Below the pieces are notes generated by a model. That model did not search any database. It was not told the origin of the DNA and saw only the letters and a program-made list of their open reading frames with translations. A stretch of 64,000 nucleotides of DNA. It comes from Spirogloea muscicola (Eukaryota). Shown piece after piece: positions 51,516 to 63,469 of this stretch (positions are counted from its first letter, which is position 1; every line of letters begins with the position of its first letter). Where the stretch lies: the NCBI GenBank assembly GCA_009602725.1, contig WELB01000031.1, positions 21,861-85,860 of the forward strand. Direction: 5' to 3'. A program made the position numbers and the translations under genes.

Positions 51516-52205
51516 TCAGCCGCTGCAGTGTTTTCGCGACCTAAACATCCAGAATGTCCTGAGAATGTCTTGAACAGCCCTCTTAGCAGCGTAATCCTTG
51601 TAAGGATTGCTGCTACTATCGGCCAAGTCTAAGAATATGTGGGCTGGACGCGATGCCTTGACACCAGCATCCCTCATAAGATCGGCTACTTTATCTACGA
51701 TTGCATTCTTCTCGGCATCAGAGTTGCTATACGGGAGCCTGCTATCATCGTAATATCCGTGAACGATCCCTAGCATGCGCCCTCTAGGAGTGGCCCTGGC
51801 GTAGTGCAGTATATCCTCGGCTAACTGAGACAGCTCTGGAGTGGAGGCGTCCTCGTCTCTTGTATATAATGATGCTAGCTGTTCTTGCGAGTCCGTTATG
51901 ACAAATACCACCCCGTCTAATACATCAGGGTCATCTGGCACAGTATGTACTATGTTTAGCGTGTAGCTGTGGCCCTGCTTATTGCAGATCGTAGACAGGC
52001 CATCGTGCTTCGGCTTGTGGGACCTTGTCCTCCCCCCAAAGTAGCTGCTGAGGTCCTCTATTATCTTGCCGTCGTTGGCAAGGAGAATACGGAGGCCAGG
52101 AACCTTCAGATCTGCCCCATACTCGTGCGTTAGATGCCTCAACAAAGCCGAGCATCCACCTGGATCGCCTGCTAACAGCAGCACAAGGTCCCAGTTACCT
52201 TCCAT
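51516..52205 (-). CDS. Hypothetical protein resembling a degenerate small GTPase fold
   Basis: 229-aa intronless ORF with LLLAGDPGGCSALLRHL, YTLNIVHT and LDGVVFVITD. Confidence 0.6.
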   Translation of the reverse strand: MEGNWDLVLLLAGDPGGCSALLRHLTHEYGADLKVPGLRILLANDGKIIEDLSSYFGGRTRSHKPKHDGLSTICNKQGHSYTLNIVHTVPDDPDVLDGVVFVITDSQEQLASLYTRDEDASTPELSQLAEDILHYARATPRGRMLGIVHGYYDDSRLPYSNSDAEKNAIVDKVADLMRDAGVKASRPAHIFLDLADSSSNPYKDYAAKRAVQDILRTFWMFRSRKHCSG

Positions 52206-52438
52206 GGAAGTAAAGCTTGTAGAGTTTGACAACAAGGGCCCTCGTACAAGGCTGGCTATAAGGGCTTTCTTAGATTCAAATTACCAGACCCCGTTGGACT
52301 GGGAATGTGAGAGCACCGTGTTCTTGGTCCTTCTCTGCAAGGCCATTCACAGGGACCAGTGGGACATAATAGGAGTGTGTGCTTTTGGCCCCTATGGCGA
52401 GCAGTGTGCCCACATACACGTGCTATTTGTTGCAGAGG
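52204..52438 (+). CDS. N-terminal part of a putative GNAT acetyltransferase, cut by the gap
   Basis: MEVKLVEF...TVFLVLL...DIIGVCAF...AHIHVLFVAE follows the GNAT strand pattern up to motif A. Confidence 0.5.
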
Positions 52439-52440
52439 NG

Positions 52441-53195
52441 CGGCAGCGCCGACGGCGTCGGGCTGGCCCGGCCGTTCGGCATCATCTGGGGCGGCACTGC
52501 CAACCGCGGGCGCGTGAAGCTGCGGTCGGGCCACGGCCCCGAGAACTGGACGTCGGGCGTCGACCTCGGCCGCCTCCTGGACCTCCTCGAGCTCGACCTC
52601 ATCAGCACGCCCGAGGAGCTCAAAGGCATGGGCCGCCTCCTTCCTCCCTCCTCCATCTGGTTCCCTCCCTCCTTCCTCCACCTCCCTCTGCATGCGTCAT
52701 GCAAGGTGCTGACCAAAGCAATGGGTGCCCACATGGGGGCTCCTGGCAGCTGCATTGGCGGAGCAGGAGACGAGCAGCGCAGGCCGACGCGCTGCCGCTG
52801 AGCCGCCAACTGCCAGCGGCGGCGGCGGCGGTGGCGCTGGCAGCGGCGGCGGTGGTGGAGATTATCGAAGCACCTCAATGGTGGTCAGACCACCAGCAGT
52901 CACTGGGCCGTTGCAGATCAAGCACATGGAATTCGGTTCCGGCGACAGCGGCAGCGCTGCGCGCCTCTCGAGAAACCCCGAGGAGGTGCCGTCGTACTCG
53001 CACGAGGCCATCGGCGGTGGCCTCATTGGCGGGGGCAACCTCATCGGCCGGAGTAGCAGCCCTGGCGGCAGCGAAGGTGGCGTGAAACGGCCCGAGTCAG
53101 TGGTGGGCCTTATGATGGAGCCTCCTGATGGCGGCAGCAGCCCCGAGCTTGCGCTGCCTCAAGTCAAGCGCCCCAAGTTCGACCTCCTCAGGTGA
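52441..53195 (+). CDS. NAL1: NARROW LEAF 1-like trypsin-family protease, last two exons only
   Basis: PFGIIWGGTANRGRVKLRSGHGPENWTSGVDLGRLLDLLELDLI is the NAL1 signature. Intron 52626-52749; ends KRPKFDLLR*. Confidence 0.9.
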
Positions 53196-53885
53196 TTGCT
53201 GCTGCGGTGCTGGCCTGTGTTGCGGATGTTACCGTGCTGCTCTTCTCCTTGCGGCCTGGAGCGTGGAGCGGGAGGGGACGAGGGAAGGAGGGATGAGGGA
53301 GGGAGGTGAGAGGAGGGAGGAGGCTGGAGTGAGGAGAGGAGGGAGGGAGGAGAGAGGTTGCCCTTGTCCATAGGACGGACCCCCATGCCAACCCCAACGA
53401 GCCCAGTCGATCTGCAGACTCTTCGGAAGATGGCCCAAAACGGCCGCGCCTTGTGCAGCAGCTGGCAACTGCCTGGCCATCGCTGATATTGTTTCTAGAC
53501 TAGGAGCCCCGAGATGTCGTGCCAGCCTCTTGCATCGGCGGCTTCTGCCGCTCTGCCACCACCAGCTGCCGCCTGGCTTCATGCAGGCGGCGTCATCGCC
53601 GCGAACACCGCCCTTCCTTCTCAACCTTCCCACAGGTCCTCTGCCCAAGCCGCCATGGCTGCTGCATTGCTACCCTTCTCCTTTGCGTTTAACCGCCTGT
53701 GGCGCCCTTGCCGCCCAGCGCAGAGCACTGCCGACGTTACCGTCGACGGGCAAATTTGCATACATATACCATTGCGCATGTACACCAAGACAAGCAAGTG
53801 AGCAATTTCACAGAGGCCTCTGTGCCCCTTATCTTCCATCGACTGTGCTCAGCTTGTTGCGATGGCAACCTGCTATTAAATGATG

Positions 53886-56257
53886 TTAGTTGACCAAGGC
53901 ATTGTCGGCAGCATCGCTGCTGTTGGCGTCGTGTCGCCCACCATCTCGCAGCTCCCAGATGCGCACGAGCTCGTCGTCCCCGCACGATGCCAGCAGCGCT
54001 GCCTCCTGCGCTCGACCACCGGCGCCTACTTTCAGTGGTTGCCCTGGGTCCCTGCATGGTCAAGGACTAGCGCTAGCGCTTGTGTCGAGGCTCCTGCGTA
54101 CCTTGGGGTGCCACCGCACGCAGTTGACGTCCGTGCTGTGCGCCTTGGGCCGACAGAGCAGCAGCTGGAATGGCCGCTACAACACGACCGCAGTGTGACG
54201 GCAAAAATAAGCACATAGTGAGGGAGGGAGGAGTGATGAGACGGGTTGGAGGAATCAGAGAGCGCACAAAGGGCGCGCTGCACAGGGCTCGGTGCTGCAT
54301 ACCGGCGGCTGTGCAATGTGAAGATCTACATCAGCGCAGAAGAGCCTGATGCAGTCGTCCCCGGCGCCCGTTGCGATGAGGCCATTGAGTCTGCGCTTAC
54401 GCCCGTATCATCAGCAGAGGAGTCAAGAAAGGTGCGGCATGGTCCTCACGAACAACCACTGCACCGGCACGGCAGGACGGAAGCCGTCAAGAGACCGATG
54501 AGACCTGGACCAGTCGATGGAGAAGATGGTGCGGTCGTGTGTGCCGACGATCGTCTGCAGATGCTTCCTGCACGCCCCGCCACGGCTGCCGGCGTTCCTC
54601 AAGCCGGCTGCCGGCGTTCCTCAAGCCGGCTGGGCGGTACCGGTTTCCGACGAGCGGCGCATGATTGCAATGCTCCGATGAACAGCAGAGGAGGCCGCAA
54701 GCACGCACCAGGTCTCGGCCGCCACATCGGAGCTCGTGTCCCAGATCATGACTGTGCAGTCATCGCTGCGAAGCAAAGCCGCCACTTGCTGCACTGAGCT
54801 GGAGGGAGGAAGATGCAACAGCTGGAGGAAGGACAAAAGGGGACGAGGAGGTGTGATAAGGTGGAGTCCACAGGGAAGGTGAGATTGTCAAGAACGATGA
54901 CTGGGAACGAGCTTGGGAGGTAGGAGGAGGCAGGGAGGAGGGAGAGGAGGGAAGGAGGGAGGGCGGGAGAGGAGGGAAGGAGGAGAGGGAGGGAGAGGGA
55001 GGAAGGCAAGGAGCGCAGCAAAGGGGAGCTGTCGATTGCAGTACCTGCAGGATGCGAGGCGGCTCCCGTCTCGGTCGAAGGCCACAGCCCACACTGTGGA
55101 CGCATGCCCCTCGCTGCTGCCGCGTGCATGTGGCGGGGCATGAGTCGCGGGCTCTTCAAGCACAAGATGCCGCCGCTGCTGCGCCGCGCGCAACCCCTGG
55201 CAGCGGCAGGACGAAGCCCCGGACGACCCCAAGCAAGGATGCGTCCTCACCTGCCTTGACCAGCTTCCAGCGTCTGCGCACAGCGCCAGTCCTCGCCGTC
55301 GTCATCCTCCGCCCAGACCTGCAGCGCCATCCATGGCCGAGAGCTCATCGAGGGCCCCAAGAGAAACCTTGGAGTTGCGTCTCAGTTCACAAGGTAGGGC
55401 CTCACCTTGATGGAGTCGTCATACGAGGCGGAGACGAGGATGTCGCGGGTCGGGTGCCAGGCGACGGCCTTGACGTCGCCGCTGTGGCCGTGGAGCACGG
55501 CGGCGCACTCGAAGTCATCGCTGGGTCCGGTGGCGGCAGCCGGCGCCTCCCACACCCACACGCTCTTGTCGCGGCTGCATGCTGCCAACAGGTTGCCGTC
55601 GGCGCTCCACGCCACGCCCTTGACCTCGTTCTCGGTGCCCTGCGGCGGTGGGACTCGAGCTTGATGTCGGGACCAAGAGAAACAAGAGAGAGGGAACGCT
55701 GAGGGGTTACGGAGGAGAAGTGAGGAGGGAGGCGGGGAGGGAGGGTGGAAGCAGCGGCCCCATCTCCAGGAGTACCTCGAGGGAGGCGACGCACTCGAAG
55801 TCGAAGTCGCGCTCGCTGGCGCGCTGCCACACGAGCGTTACGGCGTCGAACCCGGCGGTGGCGAGCCGCCGGCCGCAGGGCGACCACGCCGCGCAGCGCA
55901 CCGTGCGCGTGTGCCGGTCCTCCAGCACCGCCTGGGCCAGCACACGAGACTTGGGTTTGGGTGCACCAGAAGACCCAACACCGGGCCCAGCTCAGGCTCG
56001 GCTTACAAGAGCTGCGCCGGCGGGGGGCGCCAGAGGAGGAGGAGGGAGGGAGGAGGGAGGGAGGAGGGAGGAGGGAGGGCGGAGACCTTGCAAGCCCAGG
56101 TGCCGTCGCGGTCGCGGGCCCAGACGCGGACCGCCTTGTCGCCGCCGCAGGAGGCGAGCGCGGCGCCTGACGGCGCCCACGCGACGGACCACACTCGGCC
56201 AGTGTGCCCGGCCAGCACCACCACCTCCGCCAGCTCCGCCGCGCCGCCTTCCCGCAT
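53886..56257 (-). CDS. CIA1: Cytosolic iron-sulfur assembly WD40 protein CIA1/CIAO1, multi-exon
   Basis: [103 protein letters not shown] and [13 protein letters not shown]. Confidence 0.93.
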
Positions 56258-56702
56258 CGCCAGCGGTGGCGGCGCCCGTCTCCTTCCTCTCCGCGCGCCT
56301 TCGTCAGCGCCGCTTATCCTCCTGGCACCCTCTCTCGCGCAGCCCACAAGGACTACGATGGCTTGCGGCGGCGCCTGAGCGCTGCTTCGCGGTGACGCTG
56401 GCAGCACAGCGGCCGCGCTCTTGCAACTGAGCGGGGCCAGGCGTGCGACGGACTTGTGGGTTGGGCGCTGAGTGGAAATTGGCGGCTTGGGAAGCAGAAG
56501 CTGGGCTTGGAGACAAGTTGGGGAGGGGAGGAGAGAGAGACTCGTGCAGGAGAGAAAAAAAAGGAGAGGGAGGGGGGATGAGGCAGGTGCGGAGGGAGGG
56601 GACGAGGGAGGAAGAGGGAGGAGCTGAAACCCCGCCAACGAGCTTAAACCCCTTCTCCTCCCTCTCTCTCCCCCTCCTCCGGCCACCAGTGCGCGCTCTC
56701 GG

Positions 56703-56740
<38 letters not shown>

Positions 56741-56855
56741 CGCCGGCGACATGCGGGGCATGGCCAAGGCAGACCATCTGCGTCGCGTTCGTAACAAATA
56801 AGTTGTTGCGGGGAAGCGAGGCNACGCCGGCGGCGGCGGCGGAGGAGGCGCCGCC

Positions 56856-58178
56856 ATGGAGCTGCCGCCGGGCGACCTGGAGCGGCTCATGTTCTTCGAG
56901 CAGGCGCGGGAGATGTGCGCGGCGGACTACCGCCGCAACCCCAAGGACGCCGACGTGAGCCCGCTCCCTGCCCGCCGCCGCCGGCGCCGCCGCCCCGGCG
57001 CTCGGTTGTGTTCCGAGTGGCCTCCCATGCGTGCTCGGGTGTTGAGCCTCTGGCGGCGGCGGCGGCGGCGGCGGCGCAGAACCTGACGCGGTGGGGCGGC
57101 GCGCTGCTGGAGCTCGCGCACTTCCGCTCAGGCACCGACTCCGCCGAGATGATGGACGGTGCGCCGGCGACGGAGCACCCACAGCTCCGCCTTTGCTCAC
57201 CATCCCTCCTCCCCATGAGCGCCGGCGCCGGCGCCAGCGCCGGAGTGGCGCTGGGGCGGGAGGCTGACGCTGGCCCTGGCGCTGGCGCTGGCGCTGGCGC
57301 AGAGGCGGTGTCGAAGCTGGAGCAGGCGCTCAAGGTGGACCCGCGCAAGGCGGACGCGCTGTGGTGCCTCGGCCAGACGCACACGGCGCAGGGCTTCCTG
57401 CTGCAGGACGCCGGCCGCGCCAACGCGCTCTTCCAGAAGGCCGCCACCTGCTTTCAGGGCGCCCTCGACGAGGTGCGCGCCTGCGTCGGGGCCTCGGCTT
57501 GGAGCGCTTGTCATGCCAAGGCTGCTCCTTGCAACGGTGGCCATGGCATCTGCTTCACAGTGCCTTACGCAGAACTTTGAGTCTCTGAGAGGCGGCGGTG
57601 GCCCATGCGCAGGACCCCACAAACGAGGGCTACAAGAAGGCCCTGGAACTCGCCGACAAGGTGAGTGCCCTGCAAAAGCCCCGCTCCTTGTGCTGCACGG
57701 CAGTGTTTGTGCTCGCCACGGTGACCAGTTTCTTTGAAGTTGCACAGTATGCTCAGATGCGAATCCGGCACATGGAGGAGTTGCACACGCAAAGCAGCAG
57801 CCAATGCTTGCATTTGGTTCCGTAGGCGCCGCTGCTGCACCAGGAGATGCAGCGAGAGCTGTCCACCCGTGCCCAGCTCGGTGCACTTGCTGCACCGCCA
57901 GCAGAGAGCTCCAGGGTAGGCCTCACCAGCTGCACCAATGCTGTGTTCTGTCAACAAGTGATGGCTACCGCTTCCCTGTCTAAGTTAGCTGACCGGTTGC
58001 TTTAGTCTAATGGCTGACCATCAAGGCGAAATCGCAGGCGGCCAAGAAGAAGAAGGCCAACAACGGGGAGCTCCTTTACGACGTGCTGGGGTGGGTCATC
58101 CTCACTGCGGCAGTTGTGGCGTGGGTTGGGCTTGCCAAGTCCGCGGTGCCTGCGACACCGCCGCCGCCAGGCCGATAA
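56856..58178 (+). CDS. TOM20: Plant-type mitochondrial import receptor TOM20, multi-exon
   Basis: DLERLMFFE..R...YRRNPKDAD|NLTRWGGALLELA, AVSKLEQAL, ALWCLGQTHT, YKKALE and APLLHQE, with C-terminal anchor YDVLGWVIL...WVGLAKS. Confidence 0.95.
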
Positions 58179-58864
58179 GGTATCGCCAATCAAGTGGCGC
58201 TTGTATGCCATCGACGAGGCTGCTTCGTGAAGGACTCGGACACTGTCGGCGACCTCTCCAGCCACTTGTCCTGCGCTTGCTGACATTCGCGACGTGGCTC
58301 CGATATACTCACTGCCACGGCCACTGCCGCGGCCGTCACAGCACAGGCTGACTACTGTACAGAGCTGCTATGGCTGAGGTGCCGCTTGCTCGCTCCAAGC
58401 TGTTTGAGATGCACGTGGCCATCTAGTTCCTGCCGTTCGTAGCAGCAGTGCACCTGTCAAATGTCTGTCCTCACGTGCACCTCATGCAGAGGGAAGGTTA
58501 GCCTTGGCCTGTGTTGCTAGTGCTGATCATTGTCAAGGACTCACTAGCCCCTGGGCTCGACCTCATATTGGATCACAAAGAATCGCATTGCCAAACTTCG
58601 TAGCAGTGTGGATGTTAAGAAGCTTGGGCAATACTGGATCCAGAGTGTATTGGACAACCTTGTGTGCATACCTAGGCGAGTGAGTGGTGTGGCAGTGGGC
58701 GGACCGGCCCTCGCCCTCGCTACTATTGCCCAGACGCTTGGTAGAGTCGCTCAACGATGCCTACCCAGCTGCAATCAGCATCACCTCCGCCAGTGCAGGA
58801 GTGCGAACAAGGCCATGCAGCTGTTCGGCGCTGGTTGATATTGTCACTCGCATGTTCTTGCTTG

Positions 58865-59402
58865 TACGACAAGGGAGAAGCTCATCCAAATGGGGTATTA
58901 TGGCTGTGAGAGGCCAGCCCAAGGAGCGGCAAGTTGGAAGGGGCTAGAAAGTGCAAAACTTTGCACCTATACAAGTGGGTGCTCTTACAAGTGCGAGCAC
59001 CTATACAAGTGCGAGCACTTTCTTCTTCAAGCATTGGTCACCAGCCGCGAGTCGGACTCATCAGCAGAAGAAGACAGCAGCTGCTAAGAATCTGCCGCGC
59101 CGAACCTGGAGGTGGCAGACCGAGGCGCTTCTCGCCCGCAAATGCACCTTAAGCGCCTGGGGCAAGAAGCTCTTCCAAGAAGGGGGCGACGGCTTAGGAG
59201 AGGCCAGCCCAAGAGGAATGGAAGAACACTGGGAATGCTGGAGCGAGATGGAGCTGGGCAAGCGCATCTCTTCTCATCCGCAGCTTGGGTCTGATGCCTG
59301 TAGGTGCGGGCTTAGATGGAAGTTGACCCCGTTGACCTTGGCTGACGTCGGCGTTGACCGGCCAAGATAAGATGTGGCGGCTGTGAGTGGCCAGCCCAGA
59401 AA
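58865..59402. mobile_element. Short decayed CRE-like termini
   Basis: GGCTGTGAGAGGCCAGCCC at ~58902, GCGAGCACTTTCTTCTT at ~59011, GGCCAGCCCAAGAGGAATGG at ~59201 and GGCTGTGAGTGGCCAGCCC at ~59379. Confidence 0.6.
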
Positions 59403-59491
59403 TATTGGCGGTAATACAGATGAAACTGCCCCGCTAATGATCTGTTAAACACCGAGTGAGATTCATTGAACCCACCCGCCCGCCGCCGCCN

Positions 59492-62141
59492 TCGCCGCCG
59501 CCGCCGCGCCGCGCAGGCGTGCCCGCAGCGGTGGCCGTGGAGGCGGAGACGGCGGTGCAGGGCCTCAACATCGCTGACGATGTCACCCAGGCGCGGCCCC
59601 CGAGCCCCCGCCGGCTCGGCTCTCGCGCCTGCTCTGCTAGCGGCGCCGCTTGAAATGGAAGCTTTGATGGAGATTGCCGTCAACCTGACGCCTCCTCGCC
59701 GTTGGCTGCGCTCGCGGGCAGCTCATCGGCAGGACGCCCATGGTGTACCTCAACACCGTCGTCGAGGGCGCGGTGGCCGCCATCGCGGCCAAGCTGGAGA
59801 TCATGGAGCCCTGCTGCTCCGTCAAGGACAGGTGTGCCTGCTGTGGGCCCTGCGTCCTGGGCCTTGCACGACTGAGCTGCCCGTCTGGAGCTCTTGTGGA
59901 AGCCGCACTGCTGACTACTGGCTATTGCTGCTGGTCCTCCTCCCTTACAAGTCGCTGCATCTGCCTCAGTTGGAGGCTCTCAACCTCTGGCAGTCAGAAA
60001 CAGGCACCATTTCACAACATGGTAGCCGTCATGAGCGCCCCGCTTAGATAGTCCATCTTATCGGGGCTTGGTTGCTCCGAACAGGATTGGTTATAGCATG
60101 ATCTCTGATGCTGAGCAGAAGGGGGCCATCACTCCTGGCAAGGTGCCTCCCGTCACCCTGACGTGATACTTTTCGTCCACTCTGAAGTGACATCTCAGGT
60201 AATCAACGTTCTGGGTTAGAGCCTCACTCAAGTGTGTTTCTTGCATTTGTGTATAAATGCCAGCTTGTGTGGTGCTTGCAGAGCGTTCTGGTGGAGCCAA
60301 CGAGCGGCAACACTGGGATTGGTCTGGCTTTCATAGCGGCTGCAAAGGGCTACAAGCTCATCTTGACAATGCCTGCCAGCATGAGCACGGAGCGAAGGAT
60401 TCTCTTGCGTGCCTTTGGCGCTGAGCTGATCCTCACCGACCCAGCCAAGGGCATGAAAGGAGCCGTGCAGAAGGCGGAGGAGTTGGTCAAGCAGACCCCC
60501 GATGCATACATGCTGCAGCAGTTTGAGAACCCTGCCAATCCCAAGGTCTGGTTTGTGTATTTGATTCGCCTATCCTTGCCTATCTTCCTCGTTCCAGTCA
60601 TTTGAGCTGCAGCTTTGTCGCGTGCCCTTACTTACTCTGTGGTCCACAAGAGGTCAAGTGTCATTCGTTGACAGCTAGTGTGAACAGCTTTCCTGACCTA
60701 TGTTCTTCCATGTTGGGCAAAAAAGGTGCACTTTGAGACAACGGGACCTGAGATTTGGGAGGATACAGCCGGGAAGGTGGACATCCTGGTGGCTGGCATC
60801 GGCACTGGCGGCACTGTGACTGGTGTTGGGCGGTTCCTCAAGAGCAAGAACCCTAAAGTCAAGGTAAATTTTAGCAGTGACAATTACATGCAGCTTACTG
60901 CAGCGGTCTCTTTCTTGCTGCTGTTGAGGCACCACCAATGGCAAGGCAAAACCTGTTCATTGCTGGTACTCACATTACCGCATCCGTTTGGTACTGTGTG
61001 TGTCTGCAGTGCATCGGAGTTGAGCCGGCTGAAAGCAATATCCTGTCTGGCGGAAAGCCAGGTAAGCAGTATAAGTACAGCTCATGCGTCCCAATATTAT
61101 TGTCAGCGTAGAAGCTTACCATATTCAATCTCAGCCATGTCAATGATTTGTAAGACGAGTAAGCAGTGCTTCAGAAATCAGCAAACAGAATGCCGTACTA
61201 CAACAGCAAGGGGTGCTTGTTGCCTGTCAGGCCCGCACAAAATCCAAGGCATTGGAGCAGGCTTTGTTCCTGGCAACCTTGATGTAGATATTCTTGATGA
61301 GGTCATTCAGGTAGGTGCTGCTTGACAAGAATCCTGGAATGTCTCAAAATATGTTCAGTCATGCATAGTGGCAAGGTATTGCCTTGTAAATTACTGCTGC
61401 ATGAAAGCTCTACCAGCCTGGTTGTCACTTACCTCCTCAGATCTGCCCTTGCAGGTGACAAGCAATGAATCAGTGGAGATGGCTAAGCAGCTTGCACTGA
61501 AGGAGGGCCTTCTGGTGCACTTGTCTACCTGTCTTGCCATTCTAACCTGCTTAGCGATCTTGCACTCGTTGGGGCTGCTGTTTATGAAAGTAGCTAGCGC
61601 GTTGATGCAGATGCTAGCGATTACTCGTTGGAGATCAAGTAACTGGTTGATGAGCGATTACTTTCCATGCAGTTGCGAGCACCTCCTCAGGTGATTGATT
61701 ATTTGTAACAACTTTTTCAGGTGGGCATCTCCTCTGGCGCAGCCACAGTAGCGGCCATCCAGGTGGCCAAGAGGCCAGAGAATGCTGGCAAGCTTATAAC
61801 GGTATGCGAAGCCCACATTGCTGTGCTCAGTATGTCAAATCGTCACTGCTTTGTTGAGCACGGAGGAGTCGTGTGGCTGGTGGGCGCATAAGGTCTCCTG
61901 ATCACATGATATGTACTGCATAAATGTCACACACTATGGCGTGCTTGGTGTGCCATGTACAGATGCAATCCACTGTGCTCCTGCCATAAGTGTCGTAGGT
62001 GGTTATTACTTATTCAAGCCCTAAGCGTATGCCCAACATGTGAAGCAGGTCATATTACCAAGCTTTGGTGAGCGCTACCTGTCCTCAGTTCTCTTCCAGT
62101 CCATCCGGGAGGAGGCCGAGAATATGAAGCCGGAGGCGTGA
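59492..62141 (+). CDS. OASTL: Cysteine synthase (O-acetylserine thiol-lyase), probably organellar; start lost at the gap
   Basis: [35 protein letters not shown] (PLP lysine), [36 protein letters not shown] and [13 protein letters not shown] at 62139-62141. Confidence 0.96.
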
Positions 62142-63469
62142 GGTCCTTGGTGTAGGCCTGGCCTGGCTGTTGCTAGCCTTAAAGGCTCAAGGGGAGGGGG
62201 AAAAAACCACGTGTGTATCAAAGAGATGGGAAGGGAGCGGGGGTGGGGAGGGACGGGATACGATGGGGGTCTCCAAGTGCAGCATATTACACTGGTAGTG
62301 CGGCAGATCCTCTTCAGGCAATGGTGTGCAGAGTCTGCATACAGTGTGCAAGTATTAGCTGGTGATCACTGCTGCAAGCATTCGTTCCTTATCAGGTAAC
62401 CTCTCTCCAAATAGTACTTGCCTAGACTTCATGCCCTCCCTCTTGCACCCCACCAATTCAAGCCAACTGCCGCAGGGGCTAGACTGTGGCGGAGAAGTTG
62501 GGGACTGTGCATGTCCTAGCTGCATAGGAGAACCTCCAATTCCTGAGCCCCACTCGTTGACCTGGGGATTGAATTGGAGCTTAAGGTGCTATAGTCGGGA
62601 GGCCTGCATTGTACCAGATCTTTATTGTCCATGACTGTGGGGGATTGTTGCTAAGGTACTTTTGTCTTCTTCTATTCTCATGCATTCAGTTGTCATGATC
62701 TGCATGAAGCCACTTGCGGCTGAATGGTCGGGACTTCAAGCGCAGATATTACTGACCAGAAGTGTTTATGAACTCCATTGAGCTTGGGATGATTCGACAG
62801 ACCAATATCACTGGTTCTTGAACAACGCTGCCCTAAGGCCTCACGGCTTGCTAGGATGCTCAGAATCGATAAGATTGTCCAGTATAGTGCTTTGGCACAA
62901 GGAAGGCCTGCAATTCTAGGGATAGGGCCATTGACAGTGAGCTTGCCTTGAGCTGGCTTACATGTTACATATGCAATGTTGCGGCTCTAACATCATTGAA
63001 GAGAGCCACTTGGGAATCATGTGTCAATGGGCTGCTTAAGTATTGATTTCAAAAAGTGAATCCCATAAAAAGCAGTGGCTATGAGAAGTCAGCCAGAGGT
63101 GGTGATATCGCCATCCCTTTCAAGAAAGTTAAGAGTGCAATTTGCATGGCAGCATTGGGCAAGTCCAGAGCAATCTTGTGCCTTTTTCTGAACTGGCCGA
63201 TCGTGGCCAGTGGCCACTCCCTGCACCTCGTGCATTGTGAGACCGCTCCCTACAACCTCCGGAATGAAGTCCACAACTTGGCTGAACGGTGGCTCGTGCG
63301 GCTTGTCCTCACAGCGTCCTCCTGTTGTATGAAAGAGCGTCACCTCTTTCTGTAGGAGCCGTCCATGTCCCGACCCTCCATTGTTGCAAAGAGCATCAGG
63401 CCCACCCCAGTCGTTGCCCTATGAAGCGGCCAGCCACTCGGAGGGCTCAAAATCAAGTCAGTACCTTGG

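Larger units (their letters stand above)
47445..52438. mobile_element. Candidate endogenous giant-virus (Nucleocytoviricota) fragment bounded by assembly gaps
   Basis: Tightly packed intronless ORFs rich in ATA/AGA/CTA codons, visibly lower GC than the flanking host exon, no CRE fragments, and a MutS7 gene. Confidence 0.78.

Noticed and set aside
52066..53085. 339-aa ORF in the ORF track
   Set aside because: An artefact of reading through the N at 52439, joining a GNAT-like fragment to an off-frame NAL1 exon.
55382..57900. Many long overlapping Arg/Pro/Ala-rich ORFs
   Set aside because: By-products of very high GC around CIA1 and TOM20 exons; the same applies to 7500-8900 and 43000-43700.
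62300..63400. Possible decayed LTR-retrotransposon gag (minus frame IALDLPNAAMQIALLTFLKGM)
   Set aside because: Short, interrupted by stops, and no LTR or pol motif found.
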